DNA from: Bacteriovoracaceae bacterium
GTDB lineage: Bacteria > Bdellovibrionota > Bacteriovoracia > Bacteriovoracales > Bacteriovoracaceae
Length of the DNA: 59,018 nt
Assembly (NCBI GenBank): GCA_018649885.1
Contig: JABIHA010000063.1
Span: forward strand, 1 to 59,018
Direction of reading: 5' to 3'
Below the pieces are notes generated by a model, which was given only the letters and a program-made list of their open reading frames with translations, was not told the origin of the DNA and made no database searches. Shown here piece by piece: positions 39,317 to 48,939 of the stretch. Position numbers and translations under genes: made by a program. How positions within the stretch are numbered: the stretch's first letter is position 1; the number at the start of each line of letters is the position of its first letter.

Positions 39317-40234
39317 TTAACTTGATTCTGTGTCGAAACTTATGATTTCCCTGATGGTCCGGTTTGGAGCATCTACTTGGAGAAAATGGGAGGAGTCTTC
39401 GACCCAGTTTAGTTTAGCACCTGGAAAAAGTTTTTGGTATTTTGGCCCCGAGGCGGGATCTACCATAACATCTTTGGTGGCCCAAAGCAGGTGGACTGGG
39501 ACTTTCCAGCTGCCGGCCTTGAACATTTCAGCAAGTCTTTCTTGATAGGTTTTCATTTTAGTAGGACTCATTGAATATTTTAGAAGTTTATAGAATAGGT
39601 GAGTGCGGTCGCGGTCATGGAAAATAGAGCCGTATTCTCTGGCCTCTTCTTTACTCATGGTGAGGTCGTCTTTGTAGTGTTGGGCGTTGACCACAAAAAA
39701 TTCGGGTTTTTTTACCAGCAGTCTGAAGATAGATTCAGTGCCAGGAATTTTCAGGGCATTTTCTAGAAGATAGAGTTTGGGTTCGGGGATTCCTGGAGAG
39801 TGGAGGATCATCAATTTTCCCAGAGACTCAGGGTGATTGATGGCGAACCAGGCGGCTTGGTATCCTCCCAAACTATTACCTACGATATAAGGTTTTTCTA
39901 GTTTGAGTGCTTGGATGATTCCTAGGATCGCCTCGCCCATGGATTCGGCTGACATAGATAGTTGCCTGGGGGCCGCACTTCTACCTGCTCCTGGTAGATC
40001 TGGAACGATCACTCTATAGGTTTTAGATAGCTCATCGATAATGTAGCGAAATGAATAACTACTGGTCATCAGACCGTGAATTAAAACGAGGGGGCTACCT
40101 TCGCCCTTTTCGACGTAATGGATATCGATTCCACTGCTTACTTCGGGGTGGGAGATATGTATTTTTTTACCCTCAAGCTTGAAGTAGTTGTGTGGTCTTG
40201 TTGGTGTGTCTGGATAGTTTTGATACCTGTTCAT
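39317..40234 (-). CDS. Alpha/beta hydrolase
   Basis: LIHG, PDLPG, GNSLGG nucleophile, catalytic His in SSHF. Confidence 0.92.
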   Translation of the reverse strand: MNRYQNYPDTPTRPHNYFKLEGKKIHISHPEVSSGIDIHYVEKGEGSPLVLIHGLMTSSYSFRYIIDELSKTYRVIVPDLPGAGRSAAPRQLSMSAESMGEAILGIIQALKLEKPYIVGNSLGGYQAAWFAINHPESLGKLMILHSPGIPEPKLYLLENALKIPGTESIFRLLVKKPEFFVVNAQHYKDDLTMSKEEAREYGSIFHDRDRTHLFYKLLKYSMSPTKMKTYQERLAEMFKAGSWKVPVHLLWATKDVMVDPASGPKYQKLFPGAKLNWVEDSSHFLQVDAPNRTIREIISFDTESS

Positions 40235-40350
40235 TTACTGATGGTATTTCAAATGGCCAAAAAAAAATAGGAGAAAGCTGATATAAGAAACCTTTGGATA
40301 CGGTCTCACTAGAGAACGTACCAAGGTTATATACGATTGAAGTTAATTTC

Positions 40351-40752
40351 TTATATTTTTAATTTTTCTAGAACTTCATCACGAAGTTTTCTGACAGCTT
40401 TACTGAGGAGGCTTGAGTCGTTTTCAAGTCTATTGGAAATCTCTAAAAGTAGAGCATCGCCTTTGGTTATTAGAGAGTTGTCGACAGGACTGCTTTTTAT
40501 ATCAGTAATAATGCCCTTTGCTTCTGATAGAAGTTGAGATGCGCTTAGCATTTCAAGATATGTAAGATAACTGCTTCCTACATTTCTCATCTCTTTGTTT
40601 AATCTCCAATCAAAAATCGAAAGAACTTTTTTGTCTTCAACTTGGTCTTCCACATTCACTTTCATTTCTACGTTCGCTTTAGTCATCTCTTTTTGTTTCC
40701 CTTTTTTTGGACAATCCGTTTTGTCCTGCCCGCTTACCCTATATTGGAGCAA
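40351..40752 (-). CDS. Hypothetical helical protein
   Basis: ORF; true start probably at MTKANV. Confidence 0.6.
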   Translation of the reverse strand: MLQYRVSGQDKTDCPKKGKQKEMTKANVEMKVNVEDQVEDKKVLSIFDWRLNKEMRNVGSSYLTYLEMLSASQLLSEAKGIITDIKSSPVDNSLITKGDALLLEISNRLENDSSLLSKAVRKLRDEVLEKLKI

Positions 40753-40887
40753 GGAGCGTGCCAGCGTTCAGGCTGTTCCAACTTTTCGAGTTATAGGAAG
40801 TATTAGCCAACCCAATTCTTACTGCCAAGCCTAAAAGGCTGACTTCACGTGTTAAATTGTAAAGATTACTGGAAGCACTTAATAATG

Positions 40888-41481
40888 TCAGAGTTTGTTG
40901 GTTTGGTGCTTTTTGATCATGATAAGGGCCACTGTGACTATGGCAATTGAAAAAATGGCTATATTCCATTTCTTAATATACTCGATCACAATCTCACCGA
41001 AGTAGAATACACAGGAATACATGACTGAAACGCTTATAGTACAGGATATGAAGTCAGTAAGCGCGAATCTGGTGAAATTCATCTTCCCGATTCCGGCGGT
41101 CACAAAGAGCATATTTCGAACTCCAAAGGGGATGAATCGGCCGAGAAGTAGGGTGGCAACCCCATATTTTTCGTAATAATGGCCGACCTTTATAAATTTT
41201 TCATGGGGGATCATTTTAGCGAAAAATTTAATATCCCAAAGCCTTGGGCCCAGCATTCTGCCCATCCAGTAGGCGATGAGGTCTGAGAAGTAGGCGCCCA
41301 GGTATAGGGCAAGGAAAAACTGCCAAAAATACTCAGGGTTTTTGGCGGCTAGAATCCCACAGGTAAATATCAAGATATCTTCAGAAACCGGTAATTGAAA
41401 GCCGGCTGAGGTTAATAGGAAAAAGACTATCCAGGGGGCCATGGCGATGTGGGATTGAATATATTGAAGAATATCTTCCAT
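40888..41481 (-). CDS. DedA-family membrane protein
   Basis: LPVSED, YWMGR, GRFIPFGVR. Confidence 0.9.
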   Translation of the reverse strand: MEDILQYIQSHIAMAPWIVFFLLTSAGFQLPVSEDILIFTCGILAAKNPEYFWQFFLALYLGAYFSDLIAYWMGRMLGPRLWDIKFFAKMIPHEKFIKVGHYYEKYGVATLLLGRFIPFGVRNMLFVTAGIGKMNFTRFALTDFISCTISVSVMYSCVFYFGEIVIEYIKKWNIAIFSIAIVTVALIMIKKHQTNKL

Positions 41482-41568
41482 TATAAAAACTCATTTATTT
41501 AGTGAAGCTCAATAATTAAATTTTAGGAATATTATTCCCAAAAGTCTCGGACCAAGTTCCGCTTTATA

Positions 41569-43080
41569 ATGAAATATATTAAAGGAATGTCCATGACTCA
41601 GTGTTTCAGATTAGTTTTTTTGAGTTTTTTTCTGATTTCTTGCTCCTCTATTCGTACGGTGAGTGAACCTCGTACTGAGCTGAGTTGGTGGGAGTATCAC
41701 CTAAACTCTCTTGATTCCTTTTTCCTTTATTTAACTGAAGGAGAAAAAGAAGAGCTTTCAGTAAAACTCAAACCGGGTGAGCTTCAAAATCAAAATCAAA
41801 AGGCCAATGGCCATGTTCGGCGTTGGATTAAATATTTTACGAAAGATAACCCAGAGCGTTTTCAAAGATTTTTGAATAGAGGCCAGCAGTATAAAGAACT
41901 GGTCCAAACAATGCTTGAAACTCATGGCATTCCCTCACAATTATATTACTTGGCCATGATTGAAAGTGGCTATGTGACCCATGCAAGATCACGCGCAAAA
42001 GCGGTCGGAGTATGGCAATTTATGAGGGGAACCGGAGAGCAGTATGGTCTTGAGGTTAATAAATATATTGACCAAAGAAGAGATCCTATTAGAGCGACTG
42101 AATCGGCTGCTAAATATCTTCGCGCACTTTACCACGGTCTGGGATCTTGGGAGTTAGCACTTGCTGCTTACAATTGTGGTCAAAATAGAGTTTTACGGGC
42201 CATGATGGAGGGAAAGACCAGAGATTTTTGGGAGCTATCCAGAAAAAATCTACTGCCAAAGGAAACCCTTAATTACGTACCCAAATTTATTGCGGCAGCC
42301 ATTATAGGTGCAAGCCCTGAGTCTTATGGACTGAAAGATCCCACTGGCTCTATTGAATCATTTCCAGACTTAGTTAGTGTAGAGGTACCCTCTCCAGTTA
42401 AACTAACAGATTTGGCAAGAGTACTAAATATTGAAAAAAAAGATCTGCTCAAAATAAACCCCTCACTACTAAAAACGATCACGCCTCCTGGCGAGGGGAC
42501 ATTTGAGCTATGGGTTCCAGAAGTATTTGTGGAAAGAATCTATGCAAAAATGGATTTTCTGAAAGGTAAAAAAGTCGTATTGAATAAAAGACTTAACGCT
42601 AGACGACCTCATAAGAGTAAAAGTTATTACAATGTAGTCGCCGGGGATAGTTTGTCAAAACTAGCGAGGAAGTTTGGACTAAGTATTAACTCTTTAAAAT
42701 CAATTAATCGTCTTAGAAACTCTCATCTAAAGATTGGCCAAGTTTTGAGAGTCAATAACCGCAAATACAAAAGTTCGGGAAATCACAAATACCATTTTGT
42801 TAAAAGAGGCGAGAGTTTATCGATTATTGCAAAGAAAAATGGGCTGTCGACAAATCGCTTGAAAAAACTAAATCGCCTTACTTCAAATAAAATTTTCCCA
42901 GGTCAAAAACTTATGACTAAGGATAAATTGGTTGCGCGCTTTGTTTATAAAGTTAAGGCAGGTGATAACCTTGCCAAAATTGGGACTAATTTTGGAATTT
43001 CTATTAGGGAAATTAAAAAGCAAAATGGTCTCAAAAGCTCTAAAATTCTTGTAGGCCAGAAACTGATAATCGTAAACTAG
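41569..43080 (+). CDS. MltD-like lytic transglycosylase with three LysM domains
   Basis: MIESG, GVWQFM, AAYNCG, ETLNYVPK; three LysM repeats. Confidence 0.92.
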   Translation: MKYIKGMSMTQCFRLVFLSFFLISCSSIRTVSEPRTELSWWEYHLNSLDSFFLYLTEGEKEELSVKLKPGELQNQNQKANGHVRRWIKYFTKDNPERFQRFLNRGQQYKELVQTMLETHGIPSQLYYLAMIESGYVTHARSRAKAVGVWQFMRGTGEQYGLEVNKYIDQRRDPIRATESAAKYLRALYHGLGSWELALAAYNCGQNRVLRAMMEGKTRDFWELSRKNLLPKETLNYVPKFIAAAIIGASPESYGLKDPTGSIESFPDLVSVEVPSPVKLTDLARVLNIEKKDLLKINPSLLKTITPPGEGTFELWVPEVFVERIYAKMDFLKGKKVVLNKRLNARRPHKSKSYYNVVAGDSLSKLARKFGLSINSLKSINRLRNSHLKIGQVLRVNNRKYKSSGNHKYHFVKRGESLSIIAKKNGLSTNRLKKLNRLTSNKIFPGQKLMTKDKLVARFVYKVKAGDNLAKIGTNFGISIREIKKQNGLKSSKILVGQKLIIVN

Positions 43081-43149
43081 GGGCAATAGGCCCAAAAAAA
43101 AGGCCTAGATTTTCATCCAGACCTCTTCTTTATAATCTAAATCATTTTC

Positions 43150-43740
43150 TTAGTTGTGCTTTGAAAACCATTCTTTTGATCCACTTGGATCTGGCTTCAT
43201 GGTATCGTCACCTTTGTTCCAACCCATTGGACAAACTTCACCGTGCTTAGCTGAATACTGATAAGCTTCAACATAGCGAAGAGTTTCTTCAACATTTCTT
43301 CCTACTGAAAGATTGTTGATAGTGCTGTGCTGGATATTGCCTTCAGGATCAATTACAAAAGTTCCTCTAAGGGCTACGCCTGCTTCTTCAATAAGAACGC
43401 CGTAATCAGCAGCAACAGTCTTATTCATGTCAGCTAACACAGGAATATTCATTTTTCCAAGTCCACCGTCATTTCTTGATTGCTTAGTCCAAGCTAAGTG
43501 TGAAAATTTTGAGTCAACAGAACAAGCGACAACTTCGCATCCTACTTCTTTGAATTTATCGTAAGCGTCAGAGTATGCAGCAATTTCTGTTGGGCATACA
43601 AAAGTAAAATCTAGTGGATAGAAAAAGAGCACAAGCCACTTTCCACTATAGTCAGAAAGTTGAAGTGATTTAAAACTACCGTCTGGCATTAATGCGTCTG
43701 CTTTGAAATCTGGGGCTGGGTTTCCTACAAGTCTACTCAT
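43150..43740 (-). CDS. ahpC: 2-Cys peroxiredoxin (AhpC/Prx1)
   Basis: FYPLDFTFVCPTE and GEVCP. Confidence 0.93.
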   Translation of the reverse strand: MSRLVGNPAPDFKADALMPDGSFKSLQLSDYSGKWLVLFFYPLDFTFVCPTEIAAYSDAYDKFKEVGCEVVACSVDSKFSHLAWTKQSRNDGGLGKMNIPVLADMNKTVAADYGVLIEEAGVALRGTFVIDPEGNIQHSTINNLSVGRNVEETLRYVEAYQYSAKHGEVCPMGWNKGDDTMKPDPSGSKEWFSKHN

Positions 43741-43862
43741 ATGGTTCTCCTCGTTTAGTAATTGATAGAAATCAGGTTTTTAAGTCTTTACACTTTAGAT
43801 CGGTGATTCAGTTTCGTAAAGTCAAAAGCATGTTGATGCTGCCATATTTGGGAGGGAAGAGG

Positions 43863-43878
43863 CGGCACAAATGTTGCA
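43863..43878 (+). promoter_or_regulatory. Putative sigma54 -24/-12 site
   Basis: CGGCACAAATGTTGCA (GG-N10-GC). Confidence 0.5.
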
Positions 43879-44257
43879 CATTTAGCTCCAGTAATTGTCG
43901 GAGAGCAGAAAATGAACGCGCCTAATAATCTAATTCACGAACTCATAAGAAGGCTAAGTTTCTTTTTTTGTTTAGGATTGTGCATAATTTTGTTTTGGGC
44001 CTAAATTAGTCCCCCCCATTTTTGTTTAATACTTGTGCCACAAACCAGTGTCAGAGTGATTCCATTGGTCCCTTTTTGCCAAATAAGACCTTGTTTTTTA
44101 TAGAGTTCCTCATTATGCTGTGGGGAGTCGATTGTTTTAAAATTTAGGTAAAGATTGGACCCTTGTCGCCCGAAAAAGTAACACCATATTAAATTGAGTT
44201 AGATCTTTCAGCAATTGGTCCGCACAGTGGTTTTGCCTGAAAAGAGAGAGGAAAATT

Positions 44258-44866
44258 ATGACAACTAAGGCCTACATTCCAAACCCCGTCGTCATCGAGC
44301 AAACGGCAAGAGGGGAGCGACAGTACGACATTTACTCAAGGCTTCTTTTAGACCGAATTGTGTTTCTTGGCACAGAGGTAAATGACACGGTTGCTAATCT
44401 ATTAATAGCTCAAATGCTATTTTTAGAGCAAAGTGATCCTGAGGCCCCTATTCATCTATATATTAACTCCCCCGGTGGCTCTGTATACGCAGGACTCGGG
44501 ATTTACGATATCATGCAACTGGTAACACCCCCCGTATACACCTACTGTGTGGGTCTTGCAGCCTCTATGGGAGCGCTTTTACTTCAGGCCGGTCATGCGG
44601 AACACCGCTATGCTCTTCCTCATGCTAGGATTATGATTCATCAGCCCCTAGGTGGTGCAAGAGGACAGTGTTCTGATATTCAAATTCAGGCAAAAGAAAT
44701 TGCAGACCTCAAGTTGCAGCTAAACAATATTATGGTAACTCACACTGGAAATGAGTATACCAAGATAGAAGAGGCTTGCGACAGAGACAATTACCTAAAT
44801 CCCAATGAGGCCAAAGAATTCGGACTAATTGACTCGGTTATTGAGAAGAAAGTACCTCAGAAGTAA
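44258..44866 (+). CDS. clpP: ATP-dependent Clp protease proteolytic subunit
   Basis: [24 protein letters not shown]. Confidence 0.97.
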   Translation: MTTKAYIPNPVVIEQTARGERQYDIYSRLLLDRIVFLGTEVNDTVANLLIAQMLFLEQSDPEAPIHLYINSPGGSVYAGLGIYDIMQLVTPPVYTYCVGLAASMGALLLQAGHAEHRYALPHARIMIHQPLGGARGQCSDIQIQAKEIADLKLQLNNIMVTHTGNEYTKIEEACDRDNYLNPNEAKEFGLIDSVIEKKVPQK

Positions 44867-44961
44867 AGGGATTTAATTTCTTGGAGGCTGTTGCCGAAAA
44901 GCTAGTGTATTGATACCAATTGGGGAGAACGCCCAGTAGGTCGTTTCTTAAAGGAAAGACA

Positions 44962-46290
44962 ATGAGTGGTAAAGAACGATTTGGAAGCCAAGGATCTTTA
45001 AATTGCAACTTTTGTGGGAAGTCACAAAAGGAAGTTAAAAAGTTAATAGCGGGACCTGGCGTATACATTTGTGATGAGTGTATCGAGTTATGTAATGACA
45101 TTATTTTTGAAGATTCTGTTAAGTCTGCTTCTAAGGCAGCACTTGATAATGTTCCCAAGCCAAATGAAATAAAAGAACACTTAGATGAGTATGTGATCGG
45201 GCAAAACCGAGCTAAGAAAATTATTTCAGTAGCAGTACATAATCACTACAAAAGAATTAGTCATCAAAACTCTGGCAAAAAGTCTGGCAAGTTTGCTGAT
45301 GTGGAACTTCAAAAATCAAATATTTTATTAGCTGGCCCTACTGGTTCTGGAAAGACACTTATTGCTCAGAGTTTAGCAAAGTATCTTAATGTTCCTTTTG
45401 CCATTGCTGATGCGACTAGCTTAACGGAAGCTGGCTATGTTGGTGAGGACGTTGAAAATATCATTCTCAATTTACTACAAAATTGTGATTACGATATTGA
45501 CCGCGCTCAAAGAGGAATTATCTATATTGATGAAATAGATAAAATCGCAAGAAAGTCTGAAAACCCTTCGATAACTAGAGACGTTTCTGGTGAAGGCGTT
45601 CAACAGGCCCTACTAAAATTGATTGAAGGAACTGTTGCTTCTGTACCTCCTAAGGGTGGAAGAAAACATCCTCAACAGGAATTTTTACAAGTTGATACAA
45701 CCAATATTTTATTCATTGTTGCTGGTGCCTTTGTGGGTCTTGATAAAGTCATTGAAAAAAGACTTACAAAAAGACCTCTGGGTCTTCAGGCCAAAGAAGC
45801 GCCAACCGATGTCAGACAAGAGAAGTCGGTTGTTGAAAGACTTGGTGGAATTGAGGCAGAAGATCTTGTGAAGTTTGGTCTTATCCCAGAATTTATTGGA
45901 AGATTACCTGTGAATGCCATGCTTGAAGAGCTAGACGAAGACGCCTTGATCAGAATTTTACAAGAACCAAAGAATGCTGTTACGAAGCAGTATATAAAAT
46001 TATTTGAGTATGATGGTATTGAGCTTTGTTTTGAAGATGATGCACTCAATGAGGTTGCCAATATTGCCCTCAATAGAAAGACTGGGGCAAGAGGGCTTCG
46101 GGCTATCTTGGAGCAGACTATGCTTGAGGTTATGTACGATTTACCCTCTAACGATAAGGTAAATAAGTGCATTGTTACAAGGGACTCGATTCTTGGAAAA
46201 GAGCTCCCAACGCTTATTGAGGGCCCTAAAACACCAACTGATGATGATAGCGAAAGTGGTGGAACTAAGGAAATAGTCAACGCTTCTTAA
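44962..46290 (+). CDS. clpX: Clp protease ATP-binding subunit
   Basis: CNFCGK zinc finger, [20 protein letters not shown] 44962 with RBS. Confidence 0.97.
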   Translation: MSGKERFGSQGSLNCNFCGKSQKEVKKLIAGPGVYICDECIELCNDIIFEDSVKSASKAALDNVPKPNEIKEHLDEYVIGQNRAKKIISVAVHNHYKRISHQNSGKKSGKFADVELQKSNILLAGPTGSGKTLIAQSLAKYLNVPFAIADATSLTEAGYVGEDVENIILNLLQNCDYDIDRAQRGIIYIDEIDKIARKSENPSITRDVSGEGVQQALLKLIEGTVASVPPKGGRKHPQQEFLQVDTTNILFIVAGAFVGLDKVIEKRLTKRPLGLQAKEAPTDVRQEKSVVERLGGIEAEDLVKFGLIPEFIGRLPVNAMLEELDEDALIRILQEPKNAVTKQYIKLFEYDGIELCFEDDALNEVANIALNRKTGARGLRAILEQTMLEVMYDLPSNDKVNKCIVTRDSILGKELPTLIEGPKTPTDDDSESGGTKEIVNAS

Positions 46291-46330
46291 ATAACTTACT
46301 AAAAAACTATGAATACTAATTTTGAGAGAG

Positions 46331-46356
46331 AATCCCCAGAAATTGGGGATTTTTTT
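46331..46356 (+). terminator. Intrinsic terminator after clpX
   Basis: AATCCCCA-GAAAT-TGGGGATT followed by a T-tract. Confidence 0.8.
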
Positions 46357-46432
46357 GTGGTTTTTATCAAAAGAAGTAAGGAAATATTACAAAATCGCAG
46401 CTTAGAGGCAAAAAGCGGCCATTAATTTTTTT

Positions 46433-46461
46433 TTGACCCAGGAGAGGATTTTTGGGACAAT
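46433..46461 (+). promoter_or_regulatory. Sigma70-type lon promoter
   Basis: TTGACC-N17-GACAAT with extended TG. Confidence 0.55.
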
Positions 46462-46536
46462 AAATCTGTTGATACTAAGGCCTCCAGAACTCAGTCTGTC
46501 AGGGAAGATTGGCCTACAAATAGCGCAGGAGGTGCT

Positions 46537-48939
46537 ATGACCGAAGATGTAAAGTCCTACCCTTTACTACCACTCAGAGATGTAATTATTTTTCCACACA
46601 TGGTTGTGCCACTTTTTGTTGGTCGAGAAAAATCAATTAGTGCTCTTGAGGAAGCAGCTAAAAAGGGCAATGAACTTTTTTTAGTAACCCAAAAAGATGC
46701 AAGTGTTCTCAACCCAGAACGAGAAGACATCTATCAAGTTGGAACAGTTGTAAATATTATCCAAATGCTTAGGCTGCCGGATAATACTGTGAAAGTCTTG
46801 ATTGAAGGTAAGCATCGAGCAGTTATCGAAGGTTTCACTAGTAAAGAAAGTGGCTATGAAGTTGAGGTAAGCAGATTCCTCGACAACGTTGATGATCCTG
46901 TCGGTCTTGAAGCAACGGTGCGTGGGACGAAAACTATTTTTGAGCAATATGTGAAGCTCAATAAAAGAATTCCACCTGAGCTTTTGATGAGTATCTCTTC
47001 TATTAATGATCCATCAAGACTAGCTGATATTATCGTTGCCCACTTAACGATGAAAATCCCTGAAAAACAAGAAGTACTAGAAGCATCTTCAGTCACAGAA
47101 AGATTAGAGATATTACTAGGAAAAATGCAATCAGAAATTGAGATTATCAATGTTGAAAAACGCATTAGAACACGCGTTAAAAATCAAATGGAAAAATCTC
47201 AGAAAGAGTACTATTTGAATGAGCAAATGAACGCTATTCAAAAAGAGTTAGGTCAAAAGGATGACACCAAGTCAGATGTCCAGGAAATGGAAGAAAAGCT
47301 TGAGAACAAGTCTATGCCTTTTGAGGCCAAAGAAAAAACAGCTAAAGAAATTAGAAAACTCAAGTCGATGTCTCCTATGTCAGCTGAAGCAGCGGTAGTG
47401 AGAAACTACGTAGACTGGATGCTTTCACTTCCATGGGCAGGTTACACTGATGACAATACTGATGTTATTAGAGCTCGGGGAATTTTAGACGCTGATCACT
47501 ACGGACTAAAAGACGTAAAAGAGCGTATTGTTGAATATCTTGCGGTCAAAACCCTGGTAGGACCCGAAGGTAAAGGAACGATACTCTGTTTAGCAGGTCC
47601 TCCCGGTGTTGGGAAAACTTCTATAGCAAAATCACTTGCAAAATCTATGGATAGAAAATTTGTTAGACTATCACTTGGTGGTGTTAGGGATGAAGCAGAG
47701 ATTAGAGGGCACAGAAGAACCTATGTTGGTGCGATGCCTGGAAAAATTATTCAATCTCTTAAAAAGGTAGGATCGAATAATCCTGTAATTCTACTAGATG
47801 AAATTGACAAAATGAGCTCTGACTTTAGGGGTGACCCAGCTTCGGCGATGCTAGAAGTGCTAGATCCGGAGCAAAATAAGAATTTTTCTGATCATTATCT
47901 AGAAGTTGAGTATGACTTATCTAAAGTTATGTTCATAATGACGGCCAATGATATTTCAAAAATTCCTGGACCACTCAAAGACAGAATGGAGATTATTCAT
48001 GTAGCGGGTTACACCCCTTTTGAAAAACTTCAAATTGCTAAAAGATTTCTTCTTTCCAAGGCCATTATTAATAACGGACTCACTGAGTACAGTCTAAATA
48101 TTAATGATAAAGTATTTAAGAAGGTAATCGCAGGGTATACAAGAGAAGCGGGTGTTAGGGAGATTGAAAGATTGACTAATACCATTGCAAGAAAAGTTGC
48201 CACAGAAGTAGTTGAAAAAGGGCATCCCGTAGGGAAGAAATTTTCTATTACTGATAAAGCTGTCGATAAATACTTGGGACCAACTATTTTTGATGAGACT
48301 GATGTTGAAAAAGAACCTCAAATTGGTCTGTGTAATGGACTTGCCTACACTAGTGTTGGCGGAGAGCTTCTTCACATTGAAGTAGTCACCGTCCCTGGTA
48401 CTGGGAAAATCCAAATTACCGGTAAACTTGGTGAAGTGATGCAAGAATCTGCAAAAACTGCACTTAGTTATGTTCGGTCAATGTCGGATCGCTTGGGAGT
48501 TAGTCATGAATGGTATGCGAAAAATGATATACACATTCATGTTCCTGAAGGTGCGACACCAAAAGATGGTCCAAGTGCAGGTGTAACTCTTGCAACAGCA
48601 TTAACATCGGCTATTACTAATATCCCAGTTGATCAAAATGTTGCAATGACAGGTGAAATTACACTGAGAGGGAGAGTTCTCCCAATTGGTGGACTCAAAG
48701 AAAAAATGCTAGCGGCTAAACTTAGAGGCATAAGTAAGGTCATCATTCCTAGCAAAAATGAGAAAGATATTTCTAAGATTCCGGACGAGATTAAAAAGGG
48801 AATGGAAATTTTTCCATGTAAGTATGCTGAAGAAGTACTTAAATACGCTCTAAAACTCGAAAGACCGGAGGAGTTCCTTCAAGCTCCAGCTGGCCTAAAG
48901 GTCATCAATTCTGGAAATATTCAAGAAATTGCCAACTAA
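46537..48939 (+). CDS. lon: Lon protease
   Basis: PLLPLRD, GPPGVGKT, PKDGPSAG, GGLKEK. Confidence 0.97.
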   Translation: MTEDVKSYPLLPLRDVIIFPHMVVPLFVGREKSISALEEAAKKGNELFLVTQKDASVLNPEREDIYQVGTVVNIIQMLRLPDNTVKVLIEGKHRAVIEGFTSKESGYEVEVSRFLDNVDDPVGLEATVRGTKTIFEQYVKLNKRIPPELLMSISSINDPSRLADIIVAHLTMKIPEKQEVLEASSVTERLEILLGKMQSEIEIINVEKRIRTRVKNQMEKSQKEYYLNEQMNAIQKELGQKDDTKSDVQEMEEKLENKSMPFEAKEKTAKEIRKLKSMSPMSAEAAVVRNYVDWMLSLPWAGYTDDNTDVIRARGILDADHYGLKDVKERIVEYLAVKTLVGPEGKGTILCLAGPPGVGKTSIAKSLAKSMDRKFVRLSLGGVRDEAEIRGHRRTYVGAMPGKIIQSLKKVGSNNPVILLDEIDKMSSDFRGDPASAMLEVLDPEQNKNFSDHYLEVEYDLSKVMFIMTANDISKIPGPLKDRMEIIHVAGYTPFEKLQIAKRFLLSKAIINNGLTEYSLNINDKVFKKVIAGYTREAGVREIERLTNTIARKVATEVVEKGHPVGKKFSITDKAVDKYLGPTIFDETDVEKEPQIGLCNGLAYTSVGGELLHIEVVTVPGTGKIQITGKLGEVMQESAKTALSYVRSMSDRLGVSHEWYAKNDIHIHVPEGATPKDGPSAGVTLATALTSAITNIPVDQNVAMTGEITLRGRVLPIGGLKEKMLAAKLRGISKVIIPSKNEKDISKIPDEIKKGMEIFPCKYAEEVLKYALKLERPEEFLQAPAGLKVINSGNIQEIAN

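Noticed and set aside
35973..39463. DGR template/variable repeat pair
   Set aside because: Differences are mostly synonymous third-position changes, not adenine-specific, and no reverse transcriptase is present
46521..46537. RNA thermometer at the lon RBS
   Set aside because: Only a 6-bp stem with most of the Shine-Dalgarno in the loop; too weak to call
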